This document shows, piece by piece, positions 18,374-28,497 of a stretch of 64,000 nt of DNA. Source of the DNA: Candidatus Pacearchaeota archaeon (lineage in GTDB: Archaea; Nanobdellota; Nanobdellia; Pacearchaeales; GW2011-AR1); assembly GCA_041649045.1 (NCBI GenBank), contig JBAZNV010000001.1, positions 286,728 to 350,727 of the forward strand. Direction: 5' to 3'. Each line of letters starts with the position of its first letter. Within the stretch, counting starts at the first letter, position 1. Made by a program: the position numbers and the translations under genes. The notes under the pieces were generated by a model. The model saw only the letters and a list, made by a program, of their open reading frames with translations. It was not told the origin of the DNA and did not search any database.

Positions 18374-19778
18374 TTTTCACTGGGTTTTTTTTATAATATT
18401 TAGATAGAGAATCAATATAACCTTTAAGCCAATCAATTCTTATTCCCTTTTTTTCTCCAAAACTCTTATCAAATGGACTTACAACTTTATAAGAAAAATC
18501 TTTTTTTCCTTTCAGAACATCAAGGTTTCTCTTTTGATCCTCAGAATAAACTCTTACTTCTTTATCTCCTCCTTGTTGAATTTCAATAAATCTATCTTCA
18601 GCTTTTCCATCATAAACTGCCGACTGAATAGCCGTGTCGATATAAGATCTTATGGGCTCTATTTTTTCTCTTATTTTACTCACAACATCTCTCATTTGCT
18701 CTTGGTCCTCTCCGCTATAAGTTGAAAGGGTTTCAACGCCGTTAAGATTTCCATGATAAGTCGTAAACTTAAAAGATTCCAAAGCTAAATCAAAAGGGTC
18801 TAAACTGATTCCGGGATGCTTTAAGCCGATTATAAAGTTTACAGCATTAGCGAATCTTTTTAGAAGCTGGCTGGTCCCGGTATTTGACTGTTTTACAAGA
18901 GAGCATATATCTTTTCCCTGACGACTGCAACCGCCACACCTTGAAGGCCACATTTTCTTTTTTAATCCGTCTGAATCTTCTGCACAATAGTCAAGTCCCG
19001 AAGAAAACATACGAATGTAAGCTTCAAGCCATGGTTCTCTTTTCCTGGAAGCTTCACTAATCTTCTGATATGCTTCAATAATTTTGCCTGAAATATCTCT
19101 TACTTCTGCCTGTTCCCTTCCTGTCCTTTGTGCTAAAACCTCTTCATCATCATCTGTTTTTCTGAAGTAATCAAAATCAAAAGTTACCCCAAAACGATTT
19201 AAAAGTGCTCGGTTTATTTGAGAAGTTCCAGCGAAATCTCCATTAACTCGATTTAAATTACATGACGCCATAAATAAATGATAACCATCCTCACCCAATC
19301 TAACACCACGATGTTCTCCTTCGGCCATTCCAAAAAATTCTACTTGAACCTCAGGGATTGCAAGATTTATTTCATCTACTATGTTGCATAATGCCTTTAC
19401 CCTTTCCACAACAGGAACCTTCGACTCATAAAGCATACCCTTTCCCTCGCCTACTTTTGTCTGGTCAATTGTTGTAAAGTATGCGTCTGAACTAAAATCA
19501 TTTCTTGCAACATTCCAGTTTGATTTTCCTCCATTGTCCGCACTTCCGCCAAAATAGCACTTGTGAATATCTCTCATCAACTGGCTTTTCCCGCAACGCG
19601 TGTCTCCAATATTTAGAAAAGAAACTCCCGCTAACACTGCTGCTTTCGGAACATCATAAAAAGGCACTGCAATCAGCTTTTTTTCTCCATTTTTGTCATA
19701 TCCCTCAATCCGCATCGCTTCTCGAGAGCCGACAAATGTAGGCAAGTCCAAATCTTTATACTCTAATTCATTGCTCAT
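18363..19778 (-). CDS. MoxR-like AAA+ ATPase with C-terminal extension
   Basis: Walker A GDTRCGKSQL, Walker B IVDEINLA, and the MoxR-type sensor region ...NRALLNRFGVTFDFDY (like ALLDRF). The ORF track begins at a TTG (19784); the ATG at 19778 is the more likely start. Confidence 0.65.
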   Translation of the reverse strand: MSNELEYKDLDLPTFVGSREAMRIEGYDKNGEKKLIAVPFYDVPKAAVLAGVSFLNIGDTRCGKSQLMRDIHKCYFGGSADNGGKSNWNVARNDFSSDAYFTTIDQTKVGEGKGMLYESKVPVVERVKALCNIVDEINLAIPEVQVEFFGMAEGEHRGVRLGEDGYHLFMASCNLNRVNGDFAGTSQINRALLNRFGVTFDFDYFRKTDDDEEVLAQRTGREQAEVRDISGKIIEAYQKISEASRKREPWLEAYIRMFSSGLDYCAEDSDGLKKKMWPSRCGGCSRQGKDICSLVKQSNTGTSQLLKRFANAVNFIIGLKHPGISLDPFDLALESFKFTTYHGNLNGVETLSTYSGEDQEQMRDVVSKIREKIEPIRSYIDTAIQSAVYDGKAEDRFIEIQQGGDKEVRVYSEDQKRNLDVLKGKKDFSYKVVSPFDKSFGEKKGIRIDWLKGYIDSLSKYYKKNPVKNES

Positions 19779-19917
19779 TTCCAATTTCCTCCTTCAATAG
19801 CCTATTTAAGCTATATTCTAAAACATGAGATTTGCTTCTATATTTGCCTTCTTCTAAAAGTCTTTCTATCAGCTTAATCTTTTTTTCATCAATTGTTACA
19901 CTTAATTTTTGCTTCAT
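19768..19917 (-). CDS. ribbon-helix-helix (CopG/antitoxin-like) small DNA-binding protein
   Basis: 49-aa ORF not in the supplied track (MKQKLSVTIDEKKIKLIERLLEEGKYRSKSHVLEYSLNRLLKEE...). Beta-strand plus two helices pattern. Stop overlaps the ATPase start. Confidence 0.45.
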   Translation of the reverse strand: MKQKLSVTIDEKKIKLIERLLEEGKYRSKSHVLEYSLNRLLKEEIGNEQ

Positions 19918-19934
19918 TTTGAGTATGTTATATT

Positions 19935-19942
19935 AATTTATA
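19935..19942 (-). promoter_or_regulatory. candidate archaeal TATA box upstream of the RHH gene
   Basis: tataaatt on the minus strand about 20-25 nt upstream of the ATG at 19917. Confidence 0.3.
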
Positions 19943-20198
19943 CTACTTTAGAGTGTAAATAGAGCTATTTAAATCTTTTTATTTGCAATTACTATATAGT
20001 TACATAATTGTACTACAAGCAAATATCTTTATTTTATATTTGAAAATTATAATGGAGGTCACACTTACGAGGATTTGGTAAAAGAAATTCAAGAAATGGA
20101 AAAGAATTCTGGCGTAGTCCCGATATTAATGGATTATGCAAGAAAAAGTGTAAAGTAAGCTTTAAAAGCATTGGGCTTCTAATTAAAACATATATTTT

Positions 20199-20269
20199 GA
20201 CCCAGTAGGCTAATGGTAGACCCTCTCGTTTACACCGAGATGGCGGAGGTCCGATTCCTCCCTGGGTCA
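20199..20269 (+). tRNA. tRNA-Val (anticodon TAC)
   Basis: Cloverleaf by eye: acceptor GACCCAG/CTGGGTC, anticodon stem TCTCG/CGAGA with loop TTTACAC, T stem GGAGG/CCTCC, discriminator A. CCA not encoded. Confidence 0.65.
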
Positions 20270-20305
20270 TGATTAAACAACCAAAAATTGGCTAAAATTT
20301 AAAGA

Positions 20306-21832
20306 TTATTTTATTATATCTTTTTTTCTAAGTAGCTTTTGATAGCTGATGGCGAATCTATGCGCTTCATCTCTGATTGCTTGTACAAGTTGCAGCCCCT
20401 TGTTTTTTTTATCTACAATCAATGGGTTTTTTCTTCCTTCAATATAAATTTCCTCGAATTTTTTCGCAAGACTAATCACTGGAATTTTTATATTAAGTTT
20501 TGTAAGAGAAAATACGGCAGAATTAAGCTGCCCCAATCCTCCATCAACAACTATTAAATCTGGATATTTTAGTTTTTTAGACAAATTTCCTCCATATCTT
20601 CTCTCTATGACCTCTCTCATCGCCGCATAATCATCATTGGCATCAGATAAAATTTTGAACTTCCTGTAATATGATTTGTCCGGCATCCCATCAATAAAAG
20701 TTACCATCGACGCGACAGTATTCGTCCCGACAAGATGTGATATATCAAAACATTCTATCTGCCTTGGCAATTTATCCGCATGTAAAATCTTTTTGAGTTC
20801 CGAAATTCTCTCCTGCCCCGCAAAAAACGTGGCAATTATATTTTGTAAAACCAAATCAAGTAGTTCTTTTTTGTCTCCTTTCTTCGGAAAAAATATTTTT
20901 ACTTTTCTGCCTTTTTTCTTAAAAAAATATTCTTCCATGGATTTATCTATTTTTTTTGGAATAATAATTTCTTTTGGAATCGGCGCGGAATCGTAAAATT
21001 GGATTAAAAAATCCTCGAGAAAATTTTCGTAATAAGCAAAATTATATGATTGTTTTTCTTCTAAAACCCCCTTTCTTATTGAAAAAACTATCAGATAGAC
21101 TTCTCCTCCTGAAATCATGTAGTTTATAACGTTCAAATTTATCATTAAAGTCAATTCCATCAACTGTTTTTCCTTTAGAGTCTTTAAGGCCTCTATCTGA
21201 TTTCTTAAAGTCATCGCGTGTTCATAAAAAGTTTTTTTGGAAGATTCTTTCATTTTAACTTCAAGTTCACTTATTAATTCCTCGACTTTCCCGCTTAATA
21301 TTTTTCTTACCTGATTTATTCTTTCGTAATAAATCGCCTTGTTCATTACTTTTTTTAATTTTGATGAAGGTTTTCTCGTAATTATCCTGAAACTTCTTTG
21401 CAAAACCTCCATGATTAACTTTCTTATTTTACCCGAAACGAAAGGACCGTAATATTCTCCGCCGTCTTTTCTCTCTCTAACTATCTCCACCCAGGGGAAA
21501 TCTCCTTCATGAATTTGTAGGTATGCGTAACGATGAGAATCCTTCAGGTCTAAGTTATATTTGGGAACATTTTTTTTAATGATATTATTTTCCAGAAGCA
21601 AGGCTTCAACCTCGGTTGAAGTAGTAATTGTGTCTACGTCAGAAATTTCTGAAATTAAGGCGAAAGTTTTTGGGTCGTGTTCTTTTTTTTGAAAATAACT
21701 TGCGACTCTTTTCCTGATATTTTTTGCCTTGCCAATATAAATAATCTTGCCGTTGCTATCTTTGAAAAGATAACATCCCGGGCTTCGTGGTAAAAATTTG
21801 ATTTTTTCGACATCCATAATAATTAAGATCAA
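20306..21832 (-). CDS. uvrC: excinuclease ABC subunit C
   Basis: N-terminal GIY-YIG domain (YLFKDSNGKIIYIGKAKNIRKRVASY) and UvrC central/RNase H-like region. Confidence 0.85.
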   Translation of the reverse strand: MILIIMDVEKIKFLPRSPGCYLFKDSNGKIIYIGKAKNIRKRVASYFQKKEHDPKTFALISEISDVDTITTSTEVEALLLENNIIKKNVPKYNLDLKDSHRYAYLQIHEGDFPWVEIVRERKDGGEYYGPFVSGKIRKLIMEVLQRSFRIITRKPSSKLKKVMNKAIYYERINQVRKILSGKVEELISELEVKMKESSKKTFYEHAMTLRNQIEALKTLKEKQLMELTLMINLNVINYMISGGEVYLIVFSIRKGVLEEKQSYNFAYYENFLEDFLIQFYDSAPIPKEIIIPKKIDKSMEEYFFKKKGRKVKIFFPKKGDKKELLDLVLQNIIATFFAGQERISELKKILHADKLPRQIECFDISHLVGTNTVASMVTFIDGMPDKSYYRKFKILSDANDDYAAMREVIERRYGGNLSKKLKYPDLIVVDGGLGQLNSAVFSLTKLNIKIPVISLAKKFEEIYIEGRKNPLIVDKKNKGLQLVQAIRDEAHRFAISYQKLLRKKDIIK

Positions 21833-21871
21833 AGTAATAGTTTAAAAAATAACGAATTTTTATAAGTTTCG

Positions 21872-22249
21872 ATGAAAAAAGATTTTAGATGGATTTCGTT
21901 CGTTGTTACAATAGCCGTTGCGATTTTTATTTTTTATATGTCAAGTTTGCCTGCAGAAAAAACTGAAAATCTCGGGCCGACATTTCCATTCAAATCAGTA
22001 ATCTACCATTTTGCAATATTTTTCATATTAGGATTTTTTCTTCTTATTTTTTTAGTCAGAGGCAAAAAGATGGAATATGTTTTTCTCGGAATTTTTATTT
22101 CTCTATTGTATGCAATTTTCGACGAAGTTCATCAATTTTTTGTCCCGGGAAGATGTTGTTCTTTTGGCGACATTTTGACTGATTTCGCAGGAATTTTAGT
22201 AGCAGGCGGAATTTATTTTTGGGAAAGAACCTATGGGATTTGCAAATGA
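21872..22249 (+). CDS. VanZ-like membrane protein
   Basis: Four TM segments and the FDEVHQFFVPGR motif typical of the VanZ family. Confidence 0.55.
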   Translation: MKKDFRWISFVVTIAVAIFIFYMSSLPAEKTENLGPTFPFKSVIYHFAIFFILGFFLLIFLVRGKKMEYVFLGIFISLLYAIFDEVHQFFVPGRCCSFGDILTDFAGILVAGGIYFWERTYGICK

Positions 22250-22361
22250 TTGGCTTTTTGCTTCTATCGGAGATATCCAAGCAAGTCAGCTGATTGTTCA
22301 AGCCGTGCTTCATCCATTTTACGGATGCCCAAATGTTTTAGTTCGGGAAAAAAATTAGTCT

Positions 22362-25151
22362 TTATTTTAACACGTTTTTCAAAAACATTCCGGTGTAACT
22401 CTTCGGATTTTTGGCGACTTCTTCCGGTGTTCCTTCGGCGACGATTTCTCCGCCCGCATCCCCGCCTTCCGGTCCTAAATCTATGATGTGATCTGCAGAC
22501 TTGATGACATCGAGATTATGTTCAATTATTAAAATCGTATTCCCCTTGTTCACGAGATTTTGCAAAACTTCAAGCAATTTATTCACATCGTGGAAATGAA
22601 GTCCGGTAGTTGGTTCGTCCAAGAGATAGATCGTTTTACCTGTTGCTCGTTTCGAGAGTTCTTTTGTTAATTTTATTCTTTGTGCTTCTCCGCCCGAAAG
22701 CGTCGTTGCGCTCTGTCCAACTTTTATGTAGCCCAATCCAACTTCGACAAGAGTGGAAAGTTTTCTATGAATAGATGGGATTGCTTCAAAAATCGAAAGC
22801 GCTTCAAGCACCGTCATGTCCAAAACATCCGCGATAGATTTATTTCTATATTTTATCGAAAGAGTTTCTGCATTAAATCTTTTTCCCTTACATTCTTCGC
22901 ATTCTACATATACGTCAGGCAAAAAATTCATTTCGATTTTTATTGTTCCGTTTCCTTCGCATTTTTCGCATCTCCCGCTCGGAACATTAAAAGAAAATCT
23001 TCCGGCCGAGAAGCCTTTCATTTTTGCATCCTTTGTTGAAGCAAAAAGATTTCTTATGTCATCGAAAACTTTGATATAAGTTGCCGGATTACTTCTTGGA
23101 GTTCTTCCGATTGGGCTCTGGTCTATCACTATGACTTTATCTATTTCCCCATTTATTTCTATCCCTTTATGTTTTCCCGGAGTAACGAGAGACTTGTTTA
23201 TTTTTTTCATAAGCCCCTTGTAAATTATTTCTTCAAGAAGCGTCGACTTTCCAGAACCCGAAACTCCAGTAATGCAAGTTAACACTCCCGTGGGTATTGA
23301 TATGTCAATATTTTTCAAATTATTTTCCTGACATCCTTTGAACACAATTTCTCCTTTCCCGTTTCTTCTTTTTTTAGGAACTGATATTGATAAATTTCCT
23401 GAAAGATATTTTCCTGTCAAAGAATTTTTATTTTTTACAATTTCTTCAGGTGTTCCTTCGGCGACGATTTCTCCGCCTTCAACTCCGGCGCCCGGTCCCA
23501 TATCAACAACATAATCTGCCTTTCTGATTGTATCTTCATCGTGTTCTACCACAACCAAAGTATTGCCCAAATCTCTTAAATGATGCAAAGTCTCTATTAA
23601 TTTTATGTTATCTCTTTGATGCAAACCAATAGACGGTTCATCCAAAATATAAAGTACTCCCATAAGATTTGAACCTATTTGTGTAGCCAACCTAATTCTT
23701 TGTGCTTCTCCGCCCGAAAGCGTCCCTGAATGACGTGAAAGCGTTAAATACCCGAGCCCGACATCAATCAAAAATTTTAATCTTGATTTTATCTCTTTAA
23801 TTATCAAAGCAGCAATTTCGTTTTCTTTTTTTGTAAGATTCAAGTTTTCAAAAAATTCGTAACCTCTCAAAATCGAAAAATCCGACGCATCCGCAATTGA
23901 CTTACCATTTATCATAACAGACAAAATTTTTTTCTTTAATCTTTTGCCCTTGCAAGTCGGACACAAAATCGATTTCATGAACTTTTGCAACTCATCTTTT
24001 CGCCATTGTGATTCCGTCTGTCTGTAAAGTCGATCGGATTGCGGGATTAATCCTTCCCACCCATCCGTTAAATTCATTTTAGCGCCATTTGACCATCTAC
24101 CGGTTATGGATTCAGAAGAACCATAGAGAAGAATATTAAGCTGCTTGGATGTAAATTTTTCAATCGGAGTAAATAAGTCAAATCCGTGTTTCTTCCCAAC
24201 TGTTTGCAATTGTTGTCCTCTCCAACTTAAATCCATTTTGCCATAAAGGGCGATAGCACCATCCATAATGCTTTTCTTTTTGTCTGGAATAACCAAATCG
24301 GGATCAAATTCTATTTTCACCCCTAATCCCTTACATTCTTCGCAAGCTCCAAACGGGCTATTAAAAGAAAACATTCTTGGCTGAAGCTCTTCAAATGTAA
24401 CTCCGCAAATTGGACAGGACATTGCTGAAGAATAAAATTCTTCTCTTTCTTTGCTTTGGACTATAATAAGCCCACCACTTTTTTTTAATCCATTTTCAAC
24501 AGCCTCATTCAACCGAGATTTGTCCGAAATTTCAAAACGATCAATCACAACTTCTATGTCATGTTTTTTGTATCTTTCAAGCACAATTTTTTCATCGGTT
24601 CTGTAAATTTTACCATTTACTCTCACGCGAGAATAACCTTCTTTCCCCAAATCTTTTATCAACTGTTCATAGGTTCCCTTTTTTTGTCTAACTATTGGGG
24701 CATAGATATTCACTTCTCCCGAAATTTTTTTTAAAATGTTTGTTGTAATTTGTTCCGCCGACTGTGCTTCTATTTTTATATTGTGATCCGGGCAATAAGG
24801 AACGCCGATTCTCGCGAATAAAAGTCTTAAATAATCATAAATTTCCGTAACTGTTCCTACTGTGCTCCTTGGATTATTTGAAGTTGTTTTTTGTTCTATA
24901 GAAATCGCGGGGGAAAGTCCTTCAATTGAATCTACATCGGGCTTGCTCATTAGCCCAAGGAACTGTCTTGCATAAGCACTTAAAGATTCTACATACCTTC
25001 GTTGACCTTCTGCATAAAGAGTATCAAAGGCAAGTGTCGACTTTCCAGAACCTGACAATCCTGTTATCACTATGAATTTATCCCTTGGCAAATCAACATT
25101 AATATTTTTAAGATTGTGTTCCCGCGCTCCTCGAATTTTTATATCTTTCAT
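22362..25151 (-). CDS. uvrA: excinuclease ABC subunit A
   Basis: Two ABC ATPase modules ([22 protein letters not shown]), two LSGGEAQR signature motifs, and zinc-finger cysteines. 929 aa. Confidence 0.9.
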   Translation of the reverse strand: MKDIKIRGAREHNLKNINVDLPRDKFIVITGLSGSGKSTLAFDTLYAEGQRRYVESLSAYARQFLGLMSKPDVDSIEGLSPAISIEQKTTSNNPRSTVGTVTEIYDYLRLLFARIGVPYCPDHNIKIEAQSAEQITTNILKKISGEVNIYAPIVRQKKGTYEQLIKDLGKEGYSRVRVNGKIYRTDEKIVLERYKKHDIEVVIDRFEISDKSRLNEAVENGLKKSGGLIIVQSKEREEFYSSAMSCPICGVTFEELQPRMFSFNSPFGACEECKGLGVKIEFDPDLVIPDKKKSIMDGAIALYGKMDLSWRGQQLQTVGKKHGFDLFTPIEKFTSKQLNILLYGSSESITGRWSNGAKMNLTDGWEGLIPQSDRLYRQTESQWRKDELQKFMKSILCPTCKGKRLKKKILSVMINGKSIADASDFSILRGYEFFENLNLTKKENEIAALIIKEIKSRLKFLIDVGLGYLTLSRHSGTLSGGEAQRIRLATQIGSNLMGVLYILDEPSIGLHQRDNIKLIETLHHLRDLGNTLVVVEHDEDTIRKADYVVDMGPGAGVEGGEIVAEGTPEEIVKNKNSLTGKYLSGNLSISVPKKRRNGKGEIVFKGCQENNLKNIDISIPTGVLTCITGVSGSGKSTLLEEIIYKGLMKKINKSLVTPGKHKGIEINGEIDKVIVIDQSPIGRTPRSNPATYIKVFDDIRNLFASTKDAKMKGFSAGRFSFNVPSGRCEKCEGNGTIKIEMNFLPDVYVECEECKGKRFNAETLSIKYRNKSIADVLDMTVLEALSIFEAIPSIHRKLSTLVEVGLGYIKVGQSATTLSGGEAQRIKLTKELSKRATGKTIYLLDEPTTGLHFHDVNKLLEVLQNLVNKGNTILIIEHNLDVIKSADHIIDLGPEGGDAGGEIVAEGTPEEVAKNPKSYTGMFLKNVLK

Positions 25152-25254
25152 GAATAGAATATCAGTAAAAATATCATCAACTTATAAATATTTCCAGTCA
25201 TTAAAGTGTTGTACGAAAGCATACAACATTAGTTGTTATTGTCCAATAACAAAC

Positions 25255-25264
25255 TTTATATATT
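25255..25264 (+). promoter_or_regulatory. candidate TATA box for the downstream gene
   Basis: tttatatatt about 50 nt upstream of the ATG at 25312. Confidence 0.25.
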
Positions 25265-25311
25265 CATTCATTCTTAATATTATAATAATCTGTAGTATTT
25301 TAAAAGACAAA

Positions 25312-26763
25312 ATGAAATTACCAAGTATAAAATTTGCAAAAACTATCGGCTCGCATATAGAAAAACAAATAAAAGATAGCTTTGGAAGTGTCCCTTGCGA
25401 ATTCAATCATATTCCGAATGGTCATCTAAACGCACCAAAATCACCTTCGGCTATTTTCGTTGATGGGAAAAATTTGGATATGATGGCCAATATAAGAAAA
25501 CAATCTCCAGATACTCAACTTATTGCAGTCTATGAAAATGCTCCATATGAATCCTTGGTTGAAGCATATGAAAAAGGATTAATTAATCAAAGTGTTAGAA
25601 AGCAGAACGGACAATTGGATGAATCACAGCTGGCAAAAGTAGTTGACCATATCAGGGCCTCTTCGTCTTTTTACTCTGATTTAAGCATAGGGATTATCGG
25701 GTACAAAACTCTTGGTCCAAGCACGGCTCAGAGAATTATCGGGAATCCACATATTGAAAATGTGCGTATATATTCAGATTTTCATAGAAGAGGAAAAGTA
25801 GAAGGTTACGACGAGTTAAGGGCTATTGATCTTGACGTTAAAGGGGAACCTGTATATTGTCATTCTATAGAAGATGTTCTCGAACCTTCAGATATAGTAA
25901 TTGTAAGCAGGGGTGACCCTCGTGTCGATTATAATGCACATAAAAGAAATGGCAGAAATCATCCTGAAACAGTCAAAGATGAATTTGATAATGTAGCACC
26001 AATAGTCATGCCTGTTATTGAAATTGCAAAAAGTGTGAAATTTAATGGCGCTTTTATGGTTGAAACTAACCCCGGGGCAATTTTAGATTTATTCTATTAC
26101 TCAGGATTCCCCCGAACATCAATTTTACAGGTTCAAAATGACACGTTGCGATTTAAAAATTATCTGGCTCAAGAAGTAAAAGAATTAAGAAACTCGATGG
26201 TCCGGGAAATATTCGGGGGAAGAAGGTTGCGTCCTCATTCTTCAGATTTTGAAAATGTTTTCATAATTGGTCCTCATGAAAATCCAAGTGGTGTGCTTTT
26301 TGATCAAATAACCTTGTATAACCAACCCCTTCTGGAATTAATTCCTGCGCTAAAAGATTCTGATTTGCAAACTATAATTATGGAAAATTTTAGAAGAATA
26401 CCTCCACGGATAATGGCTTCAAGCCAAACCATTGGTTTCCCATATCCCGGGACTCCATCCCAGATAGCCGATACGATATATAGAATTGCGCATTTTCAAG
26501 AATTGCCAAATGCTTTAACTGTTTTTGTAGACAGATATGGAACTTTTTTAGATTGGCAAGGAGAAATCAGATATGAACAAAAAGGAGAGAAGCATGTAAT
26601 AAGAGCTAATACGTCAACAAATTTTAGACCGAGAATTCCTAAAAATATTAATGAACAACTCGCAACCGAAGCCGAGCAAAGAAAAGAGTTAATTTTATCT
26701 TCTCAGAAAGTGCCACGAAGAATTAAACAAAAAATTAGAAAAGACTGTGAGGTATGCTCATGA
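25312..26763 (+). CDS. hypothetical protein with receiver-like N-terminal region and Rossmann-type dinucleotide-binding segment
   Basis: The track ORF starts at 25072 but overlaps uvrA. The ATG at 25312 (MKLPSIKF) lies after a TATA-like box. [17 protein letters not shown] is a GxGxxG-like motif. Confidence 0.4.
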   Translation: MKLPSIKFAKTIGSHIEKQIKDSFGSVPCEFNHIPNGHLNAPKSPSAIFVDGKNLDMMANIRKQSPDTQLIAVYENAPYESLVEAYEKGLINQSVRKQNGQLDESQLAKVVDHIRASSSFYSDLSIGIIGYKTLGPSTAQRIIGNPHIENVRIYSDFHRRGKVEGYDELRAIDLDVKGEPVYCHSIEDVLEPSDIVIVSRGDPRVDYNAHKRNGRNHPETVKDEFDNVAPIVMPVIEIAKSVKFNGAFMVETNPGAILDLFYYSGFPRTSILQVQNDTLRFKNYLAQEVKELRNSMVREIFGGRRLRPHSSDFENVFIIGPHENPSGVLFDQITLYNQPLLELIPALKDSDLQTIIMENFRRIPPRIMASSQTIGFPYPGTPSQIADTIYRIAHFQELPNALTVFVDRYGTFLDWQGEIRYEQKGEKHVIRANTSTNFRPRIPKNINEQLATEAEQRKELILSSQKVPRRIKQKIRKDCEVCS

Positions 26764-27551
26764 CAGCAGACAAACTAACTGAAGTATTAGAAAGCGTCGG
26801 CATGAACAAAAGTGAAATAAAAATTTATGTCGATTTGGTAAAAAATAAAAAATCTTCTGCTCTTGATATCTCAAAAAGAACAACAATACATCGTTCAAAC
26901 ACATATGATATTTTAAGAAACTTAATCGAGAAAGGGTTTGTGAAAGAATCTACTCAGAACAATAGAAAACTTTTTATCCCAATGGAACCTGAAAAAATAA
27001 AAGACTATCTCCGTCAAAAAGAAAAAGAAATCGACTTGATTATTGAACACCTAAACCAATTCTCTGAACAAAATAACGAAGAAGAAACTGTCACTATCAC
27101 AAGAGGCCAATTTGCAGCCCGAGAAGCTTTAGTGGATTTGATGAAAAAAAATTGTACAATAAATATATACGGAGCATCTAATGAAGCGGTCCAAACTTTT
27201 GGCGAAGGATTTATGGAAGAATACCATAAAAAAAGAGCGAGAAAAAAAATTTTGATGAGACACATATACAACATGGATGCGGTAGCAAGAATAGAATATC
27301 TTAATAAATTAAAATTTACGGAAGCAAGGGCACTTTCTAAAAAATATGACACGCATGTTTCCACGGTAATTTGCGGCGATTTGGTATATATAATAATTTT
27401 TGTAAATCCCATCTCGATAATCACCATAAAAAATAAAGAAATCGCTGACACTTATAATAAATACTTTGAACTTCTATGGGCAAAGGCCATTATTCCTTCA
27501 GCCAAAAAAACTCTTGGAAAACCAGCAGAAGAAATCAGTGAAATGATTTAA
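26754..27551 (+). CDS. TrmB-family transcriptional regulator
   Basis: N-terminal wHTH ([42 protein letters not shown]) plus a TrmB-like C-terminal domain. Paralog of the gene at 54458..55180. Confidence 0.6.
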   Translation: MLMTADKLTEVLESVGMNKSEIKIYVDLVKNKKSSALDISKRTTIHRSNTYDILRNLIEKGFVKESTQNNRKLFIPMEPEKIKDYLRQKEKEIDLIIEHLNQFSEQNNEEETVTITRGQFAAREALVDLMKKNCTINIYGASNEAVQTFGEGFMEEYHKKRARKKILMRHIYNMDAVARIEYLNKLKFTEARALSKKYDTHVSTVICGDLVYIIIFVNPISIITIKNKEIADTYNKYFELLWAKAIIPSAKKTLGKPAEEISEMI

Positions 27552-27650
27552 TAGTCTAAATTTGTGTTTTCTCGTCGGAAAAATAAAAAATCCTAAGTTG
27601 TCTGTGCCGCTACTACATTTCCTTTTATAAGATATTTTGTATAACTTAAT

Positions 27651-28004
27651 ATGAAAGAAAAAAGTTTATGCATAAGCTGTTTTGAACCAATTACCAATCC
27701 GATTTGCGAATGGTGTTATCTAAAACAAATTTCAAGATGGTTTGAATACAAAGGTCTAAATGATATAAAAAAAAATTTGATAATATCAAACCTAAAAAAA
27801 GCTTTTTCCAAAGAAATTTCTGCAGATGACACTTGTGTACTTTGCCAGAAAGAAGAAGTGAAAATTTGTTCTTATTGTTTTTTTGTGAAGATTGTGAAAG
27901 TAATGAAAAAAATTAAATTATCCAACGAATTAATCCAGTCTTTTCTGGCTGATTTTAATTATCACGTCGGGAGAGAAGAGGAATTTATGTCTTTAATTAA
28001 ATAA
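27651..28004 (+). CDS. cysteine-rich zinc-ribbon-like small protein
   Basis: CxxC pairs (CISC...CEWC, CVLC...CSYC). Confidence 0.3.
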   Translation: MKEKSLCISCFEPITNPICEWCYLKQISRWFEYKGLNDIKKNLIISNLKKAFSKEISADDTCVLCQKEEVKICSYCFFVKIVKVMKKIKLSNELIQSFLADFNYHVGREEEFMSLIK

Positions 28005-28497
28005 GGAGGTAAAAATGAAAGATGATATTTTATTCCAGGGATCATATGTCATTTTAGAAGAAGATGACTTTTGGGTAGATGAAGTGGATGATGATAATTA
28101 ATGATTCCAATGTGATTATCTTAAAACTATTTTCTTTATTTTTTCTTTAATAATATATATTTTAATCAAAAACATTATTTCTATAGAAATGCTAAAAATA
28201 ATCAAGAAATCTCCGATTGAAAAAATAAAACTTGATAACTGAAATATATCTGCAAGATAGCAATATTTTACCTCACTACATTCGCTAAAACTAAAATGTC
28301 TTTCATATTCAAATTCAAAATTTTGGAATAAAACAGGCATCTTGCCCCCATTCTCCGACACGACTACAAAATTTAAACACATGCCAAGTATGAAAAAAAT
28401 TAGTATAAAAATAAAAATTGATAAATTTTTTATTTGTTTGCTCAAAAGCTGGAATTCATGATTTTTCATAAAAATAAAAAATAAAAAATTCTGATTT

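Noticed and set aside
20034-20270. 78-aa minus-strand ORF
   Set aside because: It runs antisense through the tRNA-Val gene, so it is not a gene.
22400-23730. Nucleotide-level repeats inside uvrA (ttccttcggcgacgatttctccgcc twice; ttctttgtgcttctccgcccgaaagcgtc twice)
   Set aside because: They encode the conserved signature (LSGGEAQR) and adjacent motifs of the two tandem ABC modules of UvrA. This is an internal domain duplication, not a mobile or regulatory repeat.
25072-25311. 5' extension of the ORF called at 25072..26763
   Set aside because: The extension overlaps the uvrA start on the opposite strand and precedes a TATA-like box. The ATG at 25312 is the more plausible start.
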